A stretch of DNA of 64,000 nucleotides from assembly GCF_964188315.1 (NCBI RefSeq), contig NC_135664.1, positions 48,918,001 through 48,982,000 of the forward strand, written 5' to 3'. Shown piece by piece: positions 52,448 to 64,000 of the stretch (its first letter is position 1; every line of letters starts with the position of its first letter). Both the position numbers and the translations under genes were made by a program. This DNA comes from Podarcis muralis. Lineage: Eukaryota. The notes below the pieces were generated by a model. It saw nothing but the letters and a program-made list of their open reading frames with translations, was not told the DNA's origin and ran no database searches.

Positions 52448-53129
52448 TATTTAAAGCAGCTGTGGCTTCTCTGCGTGAAAAATTGCAATAGGCCAAAATC
52501 ACTTCTTCTTCCTGTCATAGACTAAGATGAACTGTCAGGTAAAGCCTGAAATGGAGCAAAGAAGTTAAAACTCTGTGTCATGTGAGGGAAACATTTTGCC
52601 ATCTGGATGCTGCTGAACTACAGCTCCCATTATCCCTGGCCATTTGTCAGGCTTGCTGGGGCTGATGGGAGTTGGAGTCCATCAGCAACAGATAGACCTT
52701 CAAACAAAATTGCGGTCCTCTGTAATGTAGAACAGATGCCCACCTGCCTGTATGTGGGCTGGTGACAAGAATCAAAGGTAACTAATAAAGGTTATCCTAG
52801 GGTGTCAGAAGGAACCTGTCCCGCCCTACACTCTTCTTCAGTTTCTAGGCTAGGCTCTCTTTCACTAATTCATGAAATAGCACTAGTAAGTTTGTGGTTT
52901 GTTCTGTCGCTCAAACAGTTTAGTATGTCAATGCAATCTTCCTTCTCTAACGTTTAGCGTGTTATTTGTGCTGTTTATTTATTTCAATGAAACAGATAAT
53001 GAACTCGCTTATGAAAATCAATGGAACCCAAAAAAATGCTTAATCAGATCATGCTCTAATTTTTGCAGTCTAATGAAAGAACACTGGAGTGTGCTAATAT
53101 TCATTTTGTTTTTGTTTTTTAATAATTTT

Positions 53130-53520
53130 TATTACATTTTTCTAAATTACATTTCAAAATATTCATTTAAACAACCTTAAACAATGACTTCCTGCTTCTC
53201 CTTCCATGGTTCATTTTGGATACCATACATCCCTGAATATTTTACATGAACAATCCATTCAGCAATCCATTGTTACATCCATCAAAACTTATTTACACTG
53301 TTGAATTTATCTTAAATAAACACAATTTTCACCAATATAGCCAGTAAACATTTTCCAGTCTTCTTTAAATGTGCATTCTTCTTGTTCACTTATTCTATAA
53401 GTTAAGTCTGCAAGCTGTGCATATTCCATCAGTTTAAGTTGCCATTCGTCTTTGGTTCTAATATTCATTTTGGATTGGTTTCCCTGATTATATTTATTTA
53501 GTTTGATCTGCATGGTTTAA
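53130..53520 (-). mobile_element. L1-type 3' fragment
   Basis: Translates as EWQLKLMEYAQLADLT...FKEDWKMF, followed by an A-rich tail. Confidence 0.7.
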
Positions 53521-53764
53521 TGCACTGTTTGCAGGGCTGTTGTGTTTACCCTGTCACTTTATAACTGGCTAATGTGCAAATAATGATAGTGTCCTACCTT
53601 ACAGGGTGGTTGTTAAGGATTGCTGTGATGAAGTATGTGAGATGCTTTGAGTACTTGGGCAAAGCACTATATAAATATTTGGTGTGTTTTGTGTTTTGCT
53701 ACATGAGACAGCACCAACCCTCAGTGTGACTTTTAAAGTGTCCATTTTTATTTTATGCCCACAG

Positions 53765-53827
53765 GACGTCTTCCTCATCTGCTTCTCTCTAGTCAGTCCC
53801 GCATCTTATGAGAATGTCCGTGCTAAG
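53765..53827 (+). CDS. RAC2: Rac2 exon 4 (DVFLICFSLVSPASYENVRAK)
   Basis: 63 nt, RAC2-type SYENV. Confidence 0.98.
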
Positions 53828-54098
53828 GTGAGATCATCCTGGTGTTTATGCAGCGGAGGAAGGAGGCACAGGGCACATGAGAAATTGATCATACTTGGTC
53901 TCTGCAGCGTGGAAAACGTGGATGCATTCGGCAGGGACTGGCTGGACGAAAAGGAGTAGTGGGAGGCACCAGCCAGGGAACCCCCAGGGGAAACCCCAGA
54001 GGAGAAAGTCTGAGAGCCAGGGGATTGGTGGTGGGACACCGATGAGAGGTCAGAGGGAGAAAATTGGGTGGAGGTGATGGATGCTGAAGGGGCAACAG

Positions 54099-54579
54099 CG
54101 GTGGTGTCACAACGGGGGGCAGGGGGGCGGAGCACCCTGGGTTCCATGTCTGCAGGGATGACAAGAAGTCACCCTGCAGGGGCTCCCTACGGCACGAGCA
54201 GTCATCGTGCTGCCGCAGCCGCATGTGGAGGATCCTCTGTTCGCAGCTACAGCCGCGAGCAGAGGATCTCAGCGCTGTACATGCATGCGCTGTACGTAGC
54301 GCTGCCGCACATGCGCTGTATAGCGGTTTGCTGCTGCCGCCGCTCCAGTGCCATACGGACAGTTCCGGGACCCTCCGCTCGTGGCTGCAGCAGCAAACAG
54401 AGGACCCTCCATTCGTGGCTGTAGCGGCAATGGAGGGATCCCGTCACCGTCTGTACGGCGCTGGAGCAGCACCGGCGGCAAACCGCTATACAGTACATGT
54501 GTGGCATCTCTACATACGACGCATGTATCGTACGTAGCAACACCCGCCCCGGGTGTCACTACACCTTTCTCTGCCCCTG
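54099..54579. mobile_element. CpG-rich hAT-like MITE with a long internal palindrome
   Basis: 8-bp flanks ggcaacag/agcaaccg (6 of 8 match), inverted arms spanning 54284-54525. Confidence 0.6.
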
Positions 54580-55108
54580 AGCAACCGGTCTTGGTGAGCA
54601 GGAAGAGCCTGTGACAGGGAGCAGTTCAGACTATGAGGCTGAACAGAGGAGGTCAAGAGACTGCTGAAGAATCCAGGAAGTCTCCCTCTCCTGCTGTGAC
54701 CAGCTCCCCTCTCCCCTGGTCTCCAATAACTCGGAAAGTCTACTTTTAGAAGACATCTGAAGGCAGCCCTGTTTAGGGAAGCTTTTAATGTTTGATGTAT
54801 TACAGTATTTTAATAATTTTTTGGAAGCCGCCCAGAGTGGCTGGGGAAGCCCAGCCAGATAGGCAGGGTATAAATAATAAATTATTATTATTAAAGTAAC
54901 AAGAAGAGCAGAACAAAGATCAGGGGTGCACAGATGCAGTTTGAGACTGCTTGGGAAACATCTGGGAGAGGAAGAGCCTTAGAAAGGGTGGGAGGCAGGG
55001 ACCTGGCAACTGTTCCATAGGAACAAGACCTACTGGGGAGTGCTGCTGAGACCACCAGGCTGAGTTGCATGTTCCTTGAATAAAGAGTGAACTTCATTGA
55101 CAACAGAG

Positions 55109-55530
55109 CAGGGGCGGAGGAAGGGGGTGCGGTGGGGGTGAACCACCCCAGGTGTCTTCGCTGAGGGGGTGACATTTGGCGCGCTGCCCACCTGTGACTC
55201 CCAAGCCTACCCCGAGCCGTTAGGGGAAGGGGGGAGCTGCACCACTTTGCCGGCGGCATTCCCCCCTTTCCCCTTCATTTTGACAGCTCGGGGGAGGCTT
55301 GGGAGTCATGGGTGGGTGTCGTGCCAATTGTCCACCACCAGCAGCTCGCTCCGCCCCCGTGGGTGGCTCACTCTGCCCCCAGCTGCAGGGTGTGTATGCC
55401 ACTCCATGCACCCAAGTGGCTATTCCGCACCTGGGAGGGCACCCTCCATGCCCCGCCCCCTCGAGAGCACGCCCTGCCCTCCTCAGAAGCATGTCCACCC
55501 TGGGCAGTGCAGGCATATGCTCTGCTGCTG
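55109..55530. mobile_element. GC-rich hAT-like MITE
   Basis: Ends caggggcggag / ctctgctgctg, 8-bp TSD caacagag/cagcagag. Confidence 0.65.
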
Positions 55531-56702
55531 CAGCAGAGCTCTGCTTCCTTTATTGCTGTTCTGCCTCTGACTCCAGCCCTGACAGCTTTGATCCCTTGCA
55601 ACTGACAAATTTGCTAGGGCTTAGTCCCGGGGTCCATTGAAATGCCAAGGCTTGGTTTTGAAAGACTGCCTCCTTTCCTTTGTACCATCATGAGTGTTAA
55701 GATCCACTATGAAGATCAGCTTGTACCATCATTGTTAAGAACAAAACGAGTCCCAGAGGCACCAAGTGATGCTGCCAGAAATCTGCCAAGGCAAGGGACC
55801 AGTGTTGCTTCCACTTCCTCCTCCCCACCTGTGCTGTTGCTTCCGCTTTCTCCTCTGTCCACACCTCCCCACTGTTTCTCTTCCTTTCTGTGGGTGGCTT
55901 CCTCCCACACACCTGCCTGCAGAAAATGGACTTCAACAGGATGGAGGAGTGGGAGGATACAAAAGTGGAACTGGGGCTGCCTGTGACAAATGGGTAGAGG
56001 CCAGCAGCAGGATGAATGGAAGGTGTGGGCATCACGCAAACCTGGAGCTGGCCCTAGGCAAAGAAACATGTGATACAAGAGTTCCATGTTGAAACCTCCT
56101 GGTTATTGACTGGTTGTGCTTCAGAAACAGTTGTGGAGAAGTCTGGGTTTCATCAGAGCAGCAGCATTGGGGAGGCGATGCTTAACTGTTTCCTCCTGTG
56201 CCACTTTTCCAGTTTAAATTTACTTCCCGCCCACATACCAAAGATACTATTTGCTGGATCTGGTGTGTGTGTGTGTGTGTAAATATAGATGCCTATATTT
56301 ATTTCCCCACTAGTACCAGCATAGGGGTGAAATATAGATCAGGAAAAGGATACAGGAGAAAACATCAAACTCCTCATCTCCAGCACACATATCAAAATCA
56401 GAGCCCCTGGGCTGCTTTAAAGTTAGATTTTTCTTAAAAGATGACCCTATTATGAATAGTGATGGTGTGAGTCAGCCCTCGCCAAGCTGGTGCCCTCCAG
56501 ATGTTTTGTACTGCAACTCCCAAACATCTGGAAGGCTCCACCTTGGCAAAGGTGGTAATATTAGATTTGTTTTGATCCAGGAGGCAATTCTTATCATCTG
56601 TAAAGTGTTTGCTAGATAGACTACAATTATACAAAATGTAGCCCACTTTCTTTTTGTTTCTCGCCTCCCTCTTCCCACTTCAAATCTTGAACTTTCTTCT
56701 AG

Positions 56703-56867
<165 letters not shown>

Positions 56868-58860
56868 TGAGGGTGAGGTGGTGGGAGGAGATGCCCCAAT
56901 TCAAACTGGGGCTGTTAAAATTGTGGAAACCAGCATAAGAACATGTTGGGTCAGGGGGGTGACCCATCTAGTCACAGCGGCCAACCAAGTGCCTATTGGA
57001 AGCTCGCAGTCAGGACATGAGTGCAACAAGACTCGCCACTTCCAATTCTGGAAGGATCTGTCCATTTCATGTCTCTACTTTTCTCATTTTCCCAGCCTTA
57101 AATTCATTTTGAAATTTCCATTTGAAATTTACAGCTGATTCCCCACTTACATGGGGCATACGTTCCAGATATCCGCACACATAAGTGAAATTTCCAAAAG
57201 TGGGGAGCACCCCCTTAACACCCTATAAATGCCCTCCCTGCTGCTCACTCTCCAATCCATAACAAAAGCAGTGTATCCAAAAATTCCCACAACTAGAATC
57301 GAAGCTCTAGGACTGCCAGGAGGCTGGAGGACATGTGGGAAACTAGTGGCTGCTGCTGCACTACCCTGCACGTCAGCCGTTGGGCGGGAAGGCTGAGCAG
57401 CATAAACAAAGCCCTGCTATGCCTCTGGTGTCTTTGGGGCTTCCTCCGCCCTCACCCACGTCATCTTTGGGTTCTGGGGTGGGTCTCTGTCTCTCCCGCC
57501 ATTTCCTGGTTGGAATTTAATTATTTCATTATTTCCTGTCACTGAGCATGTGCGCAGTTGTGTGCAAGTCAATCACACATAAGTGGGTGGACGCCTGTAT
57601 TCATTTTCACAAATATTCCTCAGCATTTCAGTGTGAATTTCTCCTTGTGAACACACTTTTGGTATGCCCTTTTAACAAATGCGCACATGGCCACGTCAAA
57701 AGTGGGGGGGGGCTCTTTGCCTGATTCTGTGCATGCTCCTCCCTATGCATCAATGCTGCCCTCCAGTTCTCATATCTGTATTGCAGCAGAGCCATTTTTC
57801 TACCATTGCACAAACTGCATTGGGTGAATTGGTGCCTATGCTACTCCTCTAGGACACTGCCTGCTTGAACCATCTTAGAATGATGCACACTGCATTTGCT
57901 AGCAGAGGTTACAATGGAGCCCATTTGCAGAGGAGATTGCTTGTGAAGGAAGGCTGCAGCCTTTTTGCCTCAGATGCCAAGACGATGCCAATCTTAGAGG
58001 AGTCCCACCTGATGCCTGCTTATTTTCTCGGCAACATCCTTCCTGTGCAGGATGACCTCACTATCAGTAGTTCATCTGGCTGCTTTTGCCTTAACTGTGA
58101 GCATTGGAGATGCTTTTCAGACTTCCTCCTCCTCCTCCTCTCCACTCCCTGGCCTTTTCTGTCCGGAACTGGTCTTCAAAAGTTCTGTCAGTTGAAACAC
58201 TGTGCAGCCACAACTTCCTTTTCCTGCTGTGTGGTCTGGCGCTAACCAGCAAAGGGTAACATGCTGCACTCGCTCATTCTCAAGGCCCCTTTCTCTCATT
58301 GTACAAGCAACCCCATTCTTTCCTGCGTAGGTGAATTCATCTTTCCTTTCCACCACAGCTCCAAGACCTAAGTGGTTGGGCATTTGGGGATACGTAGGTT
58401 GAGCAAGAGCCTAATTTGTTCAGGACTTGGCAAATTAATATGACGAATTGGGCTCCTAGGGCAGCCAAGAGACAACAAGTTTAAAACAGTGAATAAATAA
58501 AGGAAGCATATAGACAAATGCAGAAAATGAAAGCAAACGAATAAAGCACCAGACTGTTTAAACAAATGGTGAAATCTATTTGCTGTATGTTACAGCAGTT
58601 CTGCAGATGGAGCAGCACTTGGTGGTCAAAGTCCAGGGCCCATCAGCTCATTACACACCCCATGACCAGCCAAAGAACAAGAAGATGGCAGCATCAAAGA
58701 GGCCTGGTGTTAAGCTGAGACTTGGGGCCCACTAGAGCCTACATGGTCACTGCAGCTTCCTTTTTTCTTATTTTTAAAAACATATTATCACCAGGGAGCA
58801 ACCAAGCCAGTCACATTCACAGCTGCAGATGCTCATTTATTATGTTTCACTTATTAGAAT

Positions 58861-59317
58861 CAAAGGTCCGTACAGTTAAAGCTATGGTTTTCCCAGTTGT
58901 GATGTATGGAAGTGAGAGCTGGACCATAAAGAAGGCTGATCGCCAAAGAATTGATGCTTTTGAATTATGGTGCTGGAGGAGACTCTTGAGAGTCCCATGG
59001 ACTGCAAGAAGATCAAACCTATCCATTCTTAAGGAAATCAGCCCTGAGTGCTCACTAGAAGGACAGATCCTGAAGCTGAGGCTCCAATATTTTGGCCACC
59101 TCATGAGACGAGAAGACTCCCTGGAAAAGACCCTGATGTTGGGAAAGATGGAGGGCAGAAGGAGAAGGGGATGACAGAGGACAAGATTGTTGGACAGTGT
59201 TCTCGAAGCTACCAGCATGAGTTTGAGCAAACTGCGGGTGGCAGTGGAAGACAGAAGTGCCTGGCGTGCTCTGGTCCATGGGGTCATGAAGAGTCGGACA
59301 TGACTAAACAACAACAA
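58861..59317 (+). mobile_element. BovB (RTE) LINE, 5'-truncated
   Basis: Translates as KVRTVKAMVFPVVMYGSESWTIKKADRQRIDAFELWCWRRLLRVPW, (CAA)n tail. Confidence 0.95.
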
Positions 59318-60381
59318 TTGTAGAGTTGGAAGGAATCCTGAGGTCCAACCCCCCTGCAATGCAGGAATCCTGTCCACAGCCTTTCCTGAGTGGGCTCAAA
59401 CCACCAATCTTCTGGTTAACAATGAGACGCACTCATCTATTACTATTTTCTGTCACCTATAGTATTTATCACCAAATCAATGTGTTTGCGTGTTCAGACC
59501 CAGAAACCTCCCCCCTAAATAAATTCACACATGACTCAAATTTTGGTTTTGGTTTTTGGCAGAATTTAGGCCACAACTTTATTGATTACAGAAAGTGACT
59601 GGTTGCATATGCTCTGGTTCGACTAGCTCCCTGCCATGCAGGTAGCGCTGACCCAGGGTTCCAGCATAGGTCAGCCAAGGGTGAACACCTGCATATGCGG
59701 AAAGCCGGGAATGAGCTAACTCCGCCACCCAAATGTCCCCTGGACTCAGGCACGGGCACAACCCCCTCTCAGGGGTTGACTAAACCATCAAGTCCCTGGA
59801 TTCCTTTAATGGAATACCCTTCACCCTTCTCCCATCCCTATCACCTGAACCAGATCCTATCCGCAACCGTACAAGTTGTGACAATTTGCTACGCAGCAGG
59901 CGAAACCCAAATGGCAACAGCAAATCAGCCAAGTGGGGAAAATTCCTGCTGTGCCCCTGTCCCAATGACAGACGACACACGATGGCATAGCAAGGTCAAG
60001 CGCAAAGCCCTAAAAGTAGGGAGAGGTGGGTGGGTGTTCCGAATGCACGTGCCAAAAGAGGAAGCTCTGGGTCACGTGCATGGGCATAAATAGGTCCCGC
60101 AAACCGTTTGGACTGCGTTCCATTGGCCAGATTGCACCCAGCTTCGAGAGATCTGCCAATAGGGTGTTGTGGCTGTCCAAATGTACCCACCCACAACACA
60201 GGGTGTCGGTTGTCCAGGTCTCACTGCAATACGTGCCCTCTTTAAAGGAGGACCTGGTTTAGCATCAGGGCAGCAGAAGCAAGTTCCCATTTTGTCCCTG
60301 TAGTCATGATGATGCTGTGATTTATTTGAGTTTAAAATCCACCCCTTCCTCAGAATGTTGCCCCTTTTTTTGTACTCACAG

Positions 60382-60512
60382 ATGCAGTGAAGTACCTCGA
60401 ATGCTCAGCACTGACTCAGCGCGGCCTGAAAACAGTGTTTGATGAGGCAATTCGGGCGGTTCTCTGCCCACAACCCACAAAGACAAAGAAAAGGGGGTGC
60501 AGCATCCTTTAA
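60382..60512 (+). CDS. RAC2: Rac2 exon 6 ([43 protein letters not shown])
   Basis: 131 nt to TAA, D150 and PQPT as in RAC2, CaaX = CSIL. Total CDS is 579 nt. Confidence 0.98.
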
Positions 60513-61092
60513 GGGTAAGTAAATAAGTACCGGCAAAGGCCTTCCTCTGTCTTGGCCCTCACTGCCAGACGAAGAGCTCAAATGTCCAGTTTGGTTTCTG
60601 CCAAGGACTTTGAAGCTTAAATCAGAATGGTACATAAATAAGGCATGGTTACAAGGTGCAGCAGGTGTACCAGAGGACCAGATATGTGGCTAGGTGGAAG
60701 CTAAGACATTGATTCAATGAGCGACACTTTTTGGAAGAATGGGACAGGTCACAACATTTAGTGTGGCAAATGGACGGAGTCCTGAGACTGGGCAAGCAAG
60801 CAGGCAGTTCTCTGAGTGTGTTGAGCTTGAAGAGTCTGTTCATGCCAGCGCCAGCATCTGTTCATGCTGGGAGGTGGAACTGATTCTGGCTCAACATCTG
60901 ATTCACTCTTAGTGGCTTACCACTGTGTCCAGTCCTACCTAAGCTGCCGCCCCCTCCACCAATTCCTGAACCACTTTTATCTTAACAGAGATTGTGGGAA
61001 AGAGACCTGAAGATGACAGATTATGAGACTGTGGCTGGGAAGGAAAACCGTAAAACAGAATCATTCTGTGACTTGCTGTTAATTCCCTTATA

Positions 61093-61456
61093 AAAAGGTA
61101 AAGGTAAAGGTACCCCTGCCCGTACGGGCCAGTCTTGCCAGACTCTAGGGTTGTGCGCTCATCTCACTCTATAGGCCGGGAGCCAGCGCTGTCCGCAGAC
61201 ACTTCCGGGTCACGTGGCCAGCGTGACAAGCTGCATCTGGTAAGCCAGCGCAGCACACGGAACGCTGTTTACCTTCCCGCTGGTAAGCGGTCCCTATTTA
61301 TCTACTTGCACCAGAAGGTGCTTTCAAACTGCTAGGTTGGCAGGCGCTGGGACCGAACGACGGGAGCGCACCCTGCCGTGGGGATTCGAACCGCCAACCT
61401 TTCGATCGGCAAGTCCTAGGCGCTGAGGCTTTAACCCACAGCGCCACCCGCGTCCC
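61093..61456 (-). mobile_element. Sauria SINE with 14-bp TSD
   Basis: TSD ttaattcccttata at 61079-61092 and 61457-61470. Confidence 0.93.
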
Positions 61457-61499
61457 TTAATTCCCTTATACAGATTGGGAATTCAGAGATACCTCACCA

Positions 61500-62790
61500 T
61501 GGATGGGAGAGCAAATAGGAACCAACTCCCTGTTATATTGGTTCAGATGTAATAAACAGAAACAAGGAAATGTGCAGCAAGTGAAATCAAGAGACCAATT
61601 GTTAAAATATGGGGAAAGTATGGATAATGTTTTTGGCCCTGGAAATTTCCTCTGAAGTATGGGCTTTCAGAAAATGAAAGAAAAACAAGACTATTCTGCC
61701 TGGATTAGAGAGGACATAACCAGATTCAAAGACACTATATTTCAGGGGGTTATGGTCTCATAAAGTCAATTAGCAGAAAAGCAAGTCAATCTCCATCTGC
61801 CGATTTTTGCAGTATCTGCCAATAAGGAGCTATACTGAAAATATTACAAGAGCAGTCGATATAGAAAGGGATCCCATGTTATTTGAGAAAATTAGTTTCT
61901 GGAAAAGAAAAAATGTTTGCTGTCTAAAAGGTATAAAATTTTAGTAGTCCCAAGCGATCGCAAAATCAGTATTGCAAAACAGAATTGGGAGAGTTCACTA
62001 CGACTATCTCAGAGGTACAGAGGAATTATGTGTACAGGCCCTTGTAAGATAGGTAACAGATGCAGTGCTTCCCCCCCTAGGCGGTACTCAAGGACACGCA
62101 GTACCGACACGTCTCTTTTTTGTTGTTAAAAATGTGGCATTTACTGTAACAACTTCATGGTGAGTACCGGCAGCTATTTTTCTAGGGGGAAGTACTGTAT
62201 AGATGTAAATTCAAAGGAGAAATTAACAAAGCAACACCTAGGCAGAATTATACCCCAATTAATATACCAAATATATTCCTAGCCGTGTCACACATGTATT
62301 CAAAGTGTAGGAGAAGAAAGGAACTTTCGCTCACATCTGGTGGGACTGCAGCCTGGTTAATGAATACTGGCAAACAACAATTCAAAGCCTAAGAGATATC
62401 ACAAGCTTAGAATTTCAATTAAACCCTCTGACAATATTTGGGGGACATGTTAAAAACCAATTAGGGAGAGACTATATAACTATAATTAGTTACACATATG
62501 CTAGCTGACTTTGCTAGCAAAAGCTTGGAGAACATCCTGTGTCCTGACAGCTGATCAATGGAAGATCTGGAACAGTATGGTTATGGATTAAATTGCTGGT
62601 TGCAAACTGTTATGGAAAGGGGAAATACAGACTTTTTAAAGAACTCAGATGTCTTTTATTCAGCAATGGAATCAAAATAGACCAGATGAACGAGTGACTG
62701 CAGATTTTCTAAGCATGAGATGAATTTCTGATGCTATATGATGCTATACACACATATGTGTGTGTATAGGATAGAAATAAGGTTTGTAAA
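61500..62790 (+). mobile_element. Decayed L1 ORF2 3' region interrupted by a small MITE (about 62060-62195)
   Basis: A-rich. Decayed CCHC-like segment (GTFAHIWWDC) near 62320-62350. Confidence 0.55.
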
Positions 62791-63654
62791 TCTTACCATA
62801 TGCACCCTAACTTCCCCCAGAGAATCCTGGGAACTGTAGTTTTGTTAAGGGTGATGGGAATTGTAGCTCTGTGAGGTGGTGGTAAACTACCACTATCAGG
62901 ATTCCTTGGGGGAGTTGTTTGCTTTAAATGTACTTTAAAATTTCATTTATTCAGCCTGTAGGTCCACCCATTTACCGGTCATGTGAAGGGGCTCTACTTT
63001 AATTAAAATTCAGGGGCAGCCCCACTTTCCCCTCACATATTCACTGAATGCATAAGGGAGGAATGAGTGATTTCCCCACTTACACATTTGGTAAGAAAGT
63101 CAAGAAAATTTGGATGGACACTCAACCGAATAGGAGAGGAGAGCTTGCTGAAAATAGATGTTGCCTGATACTATCCAAACAGGAGTTCCTACTGCTGCTT
63201 GGGCATCTAACACAATTATAAACTGCTCTCTTGACTCAGCTTTAGTCAGCAGCAGCCAGGCTGATGGTATCATCTGTACTCTCGCTCTCCTTCCCCCAAG
63301 ACCAGTCTTTAATGAGTGGCTCTAGTTACCCTCAACAACAAAGGACAGAGGAGCTGCAAGAAGAAAGGGTTGCCGGGAGTCCAAGAGAAGTCCCAGTGAA
63401 CCAGCCCACCATTGCTCTTTCTTTCCTTTTTTTTGGGGGGGGGGGTTTGGTTTTTTTTGTTAGAGCTGTGGGCAGGTGTCCAGCAAGCAAACACCATGAA
63501 TGGAAAAGGACTCTCCACTGACCATAAGTCTCCAGCACACTTTCCCCAAAGGAAACCTGACCTTATAAAGGATGCTTGGAAGTCCCCACTGTACTGCCAC
63601 ATGGAAGTCTCACTTGCGGATGGCGCAGACTGACTCTTTTTATTTGCCTTCTAG

Positions 63655-64000
63655 ATTCCAGACCCAGCTCCCTTACCCACTGAAATTGCTCCTTTCTCTG
63701 GGCTTTGCTGATTGGAAAGAGACTGAAGACTGGATTCCTCTCCTGTATCTCCCGAAGTGATGCCAGTGAAGAGTTTTGAGATTTTTTTTTGGGGGGGGGG
63801 GTGCTTCCACACTAGTTATTTAGTCTGGAATTGCCTCCTGGAATTCCTCACTTGTTAGGAAGCCTCCCCATTACACCATATTTAGTCTGCTGTGTTCTGT
63901 TGTTTTCCTGATTCATTGGCCTGTAGTTTCCACCCGCAACCTGATCTATGGCTATTGTTTTAAAAAAAGTTTAGTGCAATTGTAGCACCAGTCTCTTCAG
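63655..64000 (+). other. RAC2: Candidate non-coding RAC2 3'UTR exon 7 (runs off the window)
   Basis: GTAAGT donor at 60515. Acceptor ctgac-tctttttatttgccttctag at 63630-63654 has a branch-point motif. Confidence 0.55.

Larger units (their letters stand above)
53905..55584 (+). mobile_element. Solo-LTR-like element fragmented by three nested insertions
   Basis: Purine-rich body resumes across the inserts, AATAAA at 55079-55084, ends ...ccctgaca at 55584. The 5' boundary is approximate. Confidence 0.55.

Noticed and set aside
51584-53764. Possible RAC1b-like 57-nt alternative exon in intron 3
   Set aside because: No matching exon was seen. The gene has RAC2 diagnostics and the intron is mostly TE-derived.
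53889-55640. Dense cluster of 90-130 aa ORFs on both strands
   Set aside because: Explained by GC-rich, stop-poor and palindromic TE sequence.

Overview
Vertebrate genomic DNA from a squamate lizard, probably a lacertid judging by the Sauria-SINE, BovB and MITE content. Two complete genes lie head-to-head. CYTH4 (cytohesin-4) is on the minus strand: 13 coding exons from 38309 to 901, all GT-AG, totalling 1185 nt = 394 aa plus stop. RAC2 is on the plus strand: 6 coding exons from 43589 to 60512, totalling 579 nt = 192 aa plus stop, with an intron starting 2 nt after the stop. The start codons are only about 5.3 kb apart. The rest is intronic or intergenic sequence rich in SINEs, L1/L2/RTE fragments, hAT/mariner/PIF MITEs, a Penelope-like element and a nested LTR cluster. 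Main leads: (1) an orphan CpG-island promoter in CYTH4 intron 3 (NRF1/ETS/CRE/RFX motifs plus a 5' splice donor) that could produce a coiled-coil-less cytohesin-4; (2) a candidate 46-nt poison exon next to a CA repeat; (3) substitutions in the CYTH4 PH-domain lipid pocket; (4) hammerhead-ribozyme motifs in a Penelope-like element; (5) several decayed coding-like tracts in CYTH4 introns (weak evidence). All exon and repeat calls were read by eye; no database searches were run, and repeat family names rest on recalled consensus similarity.
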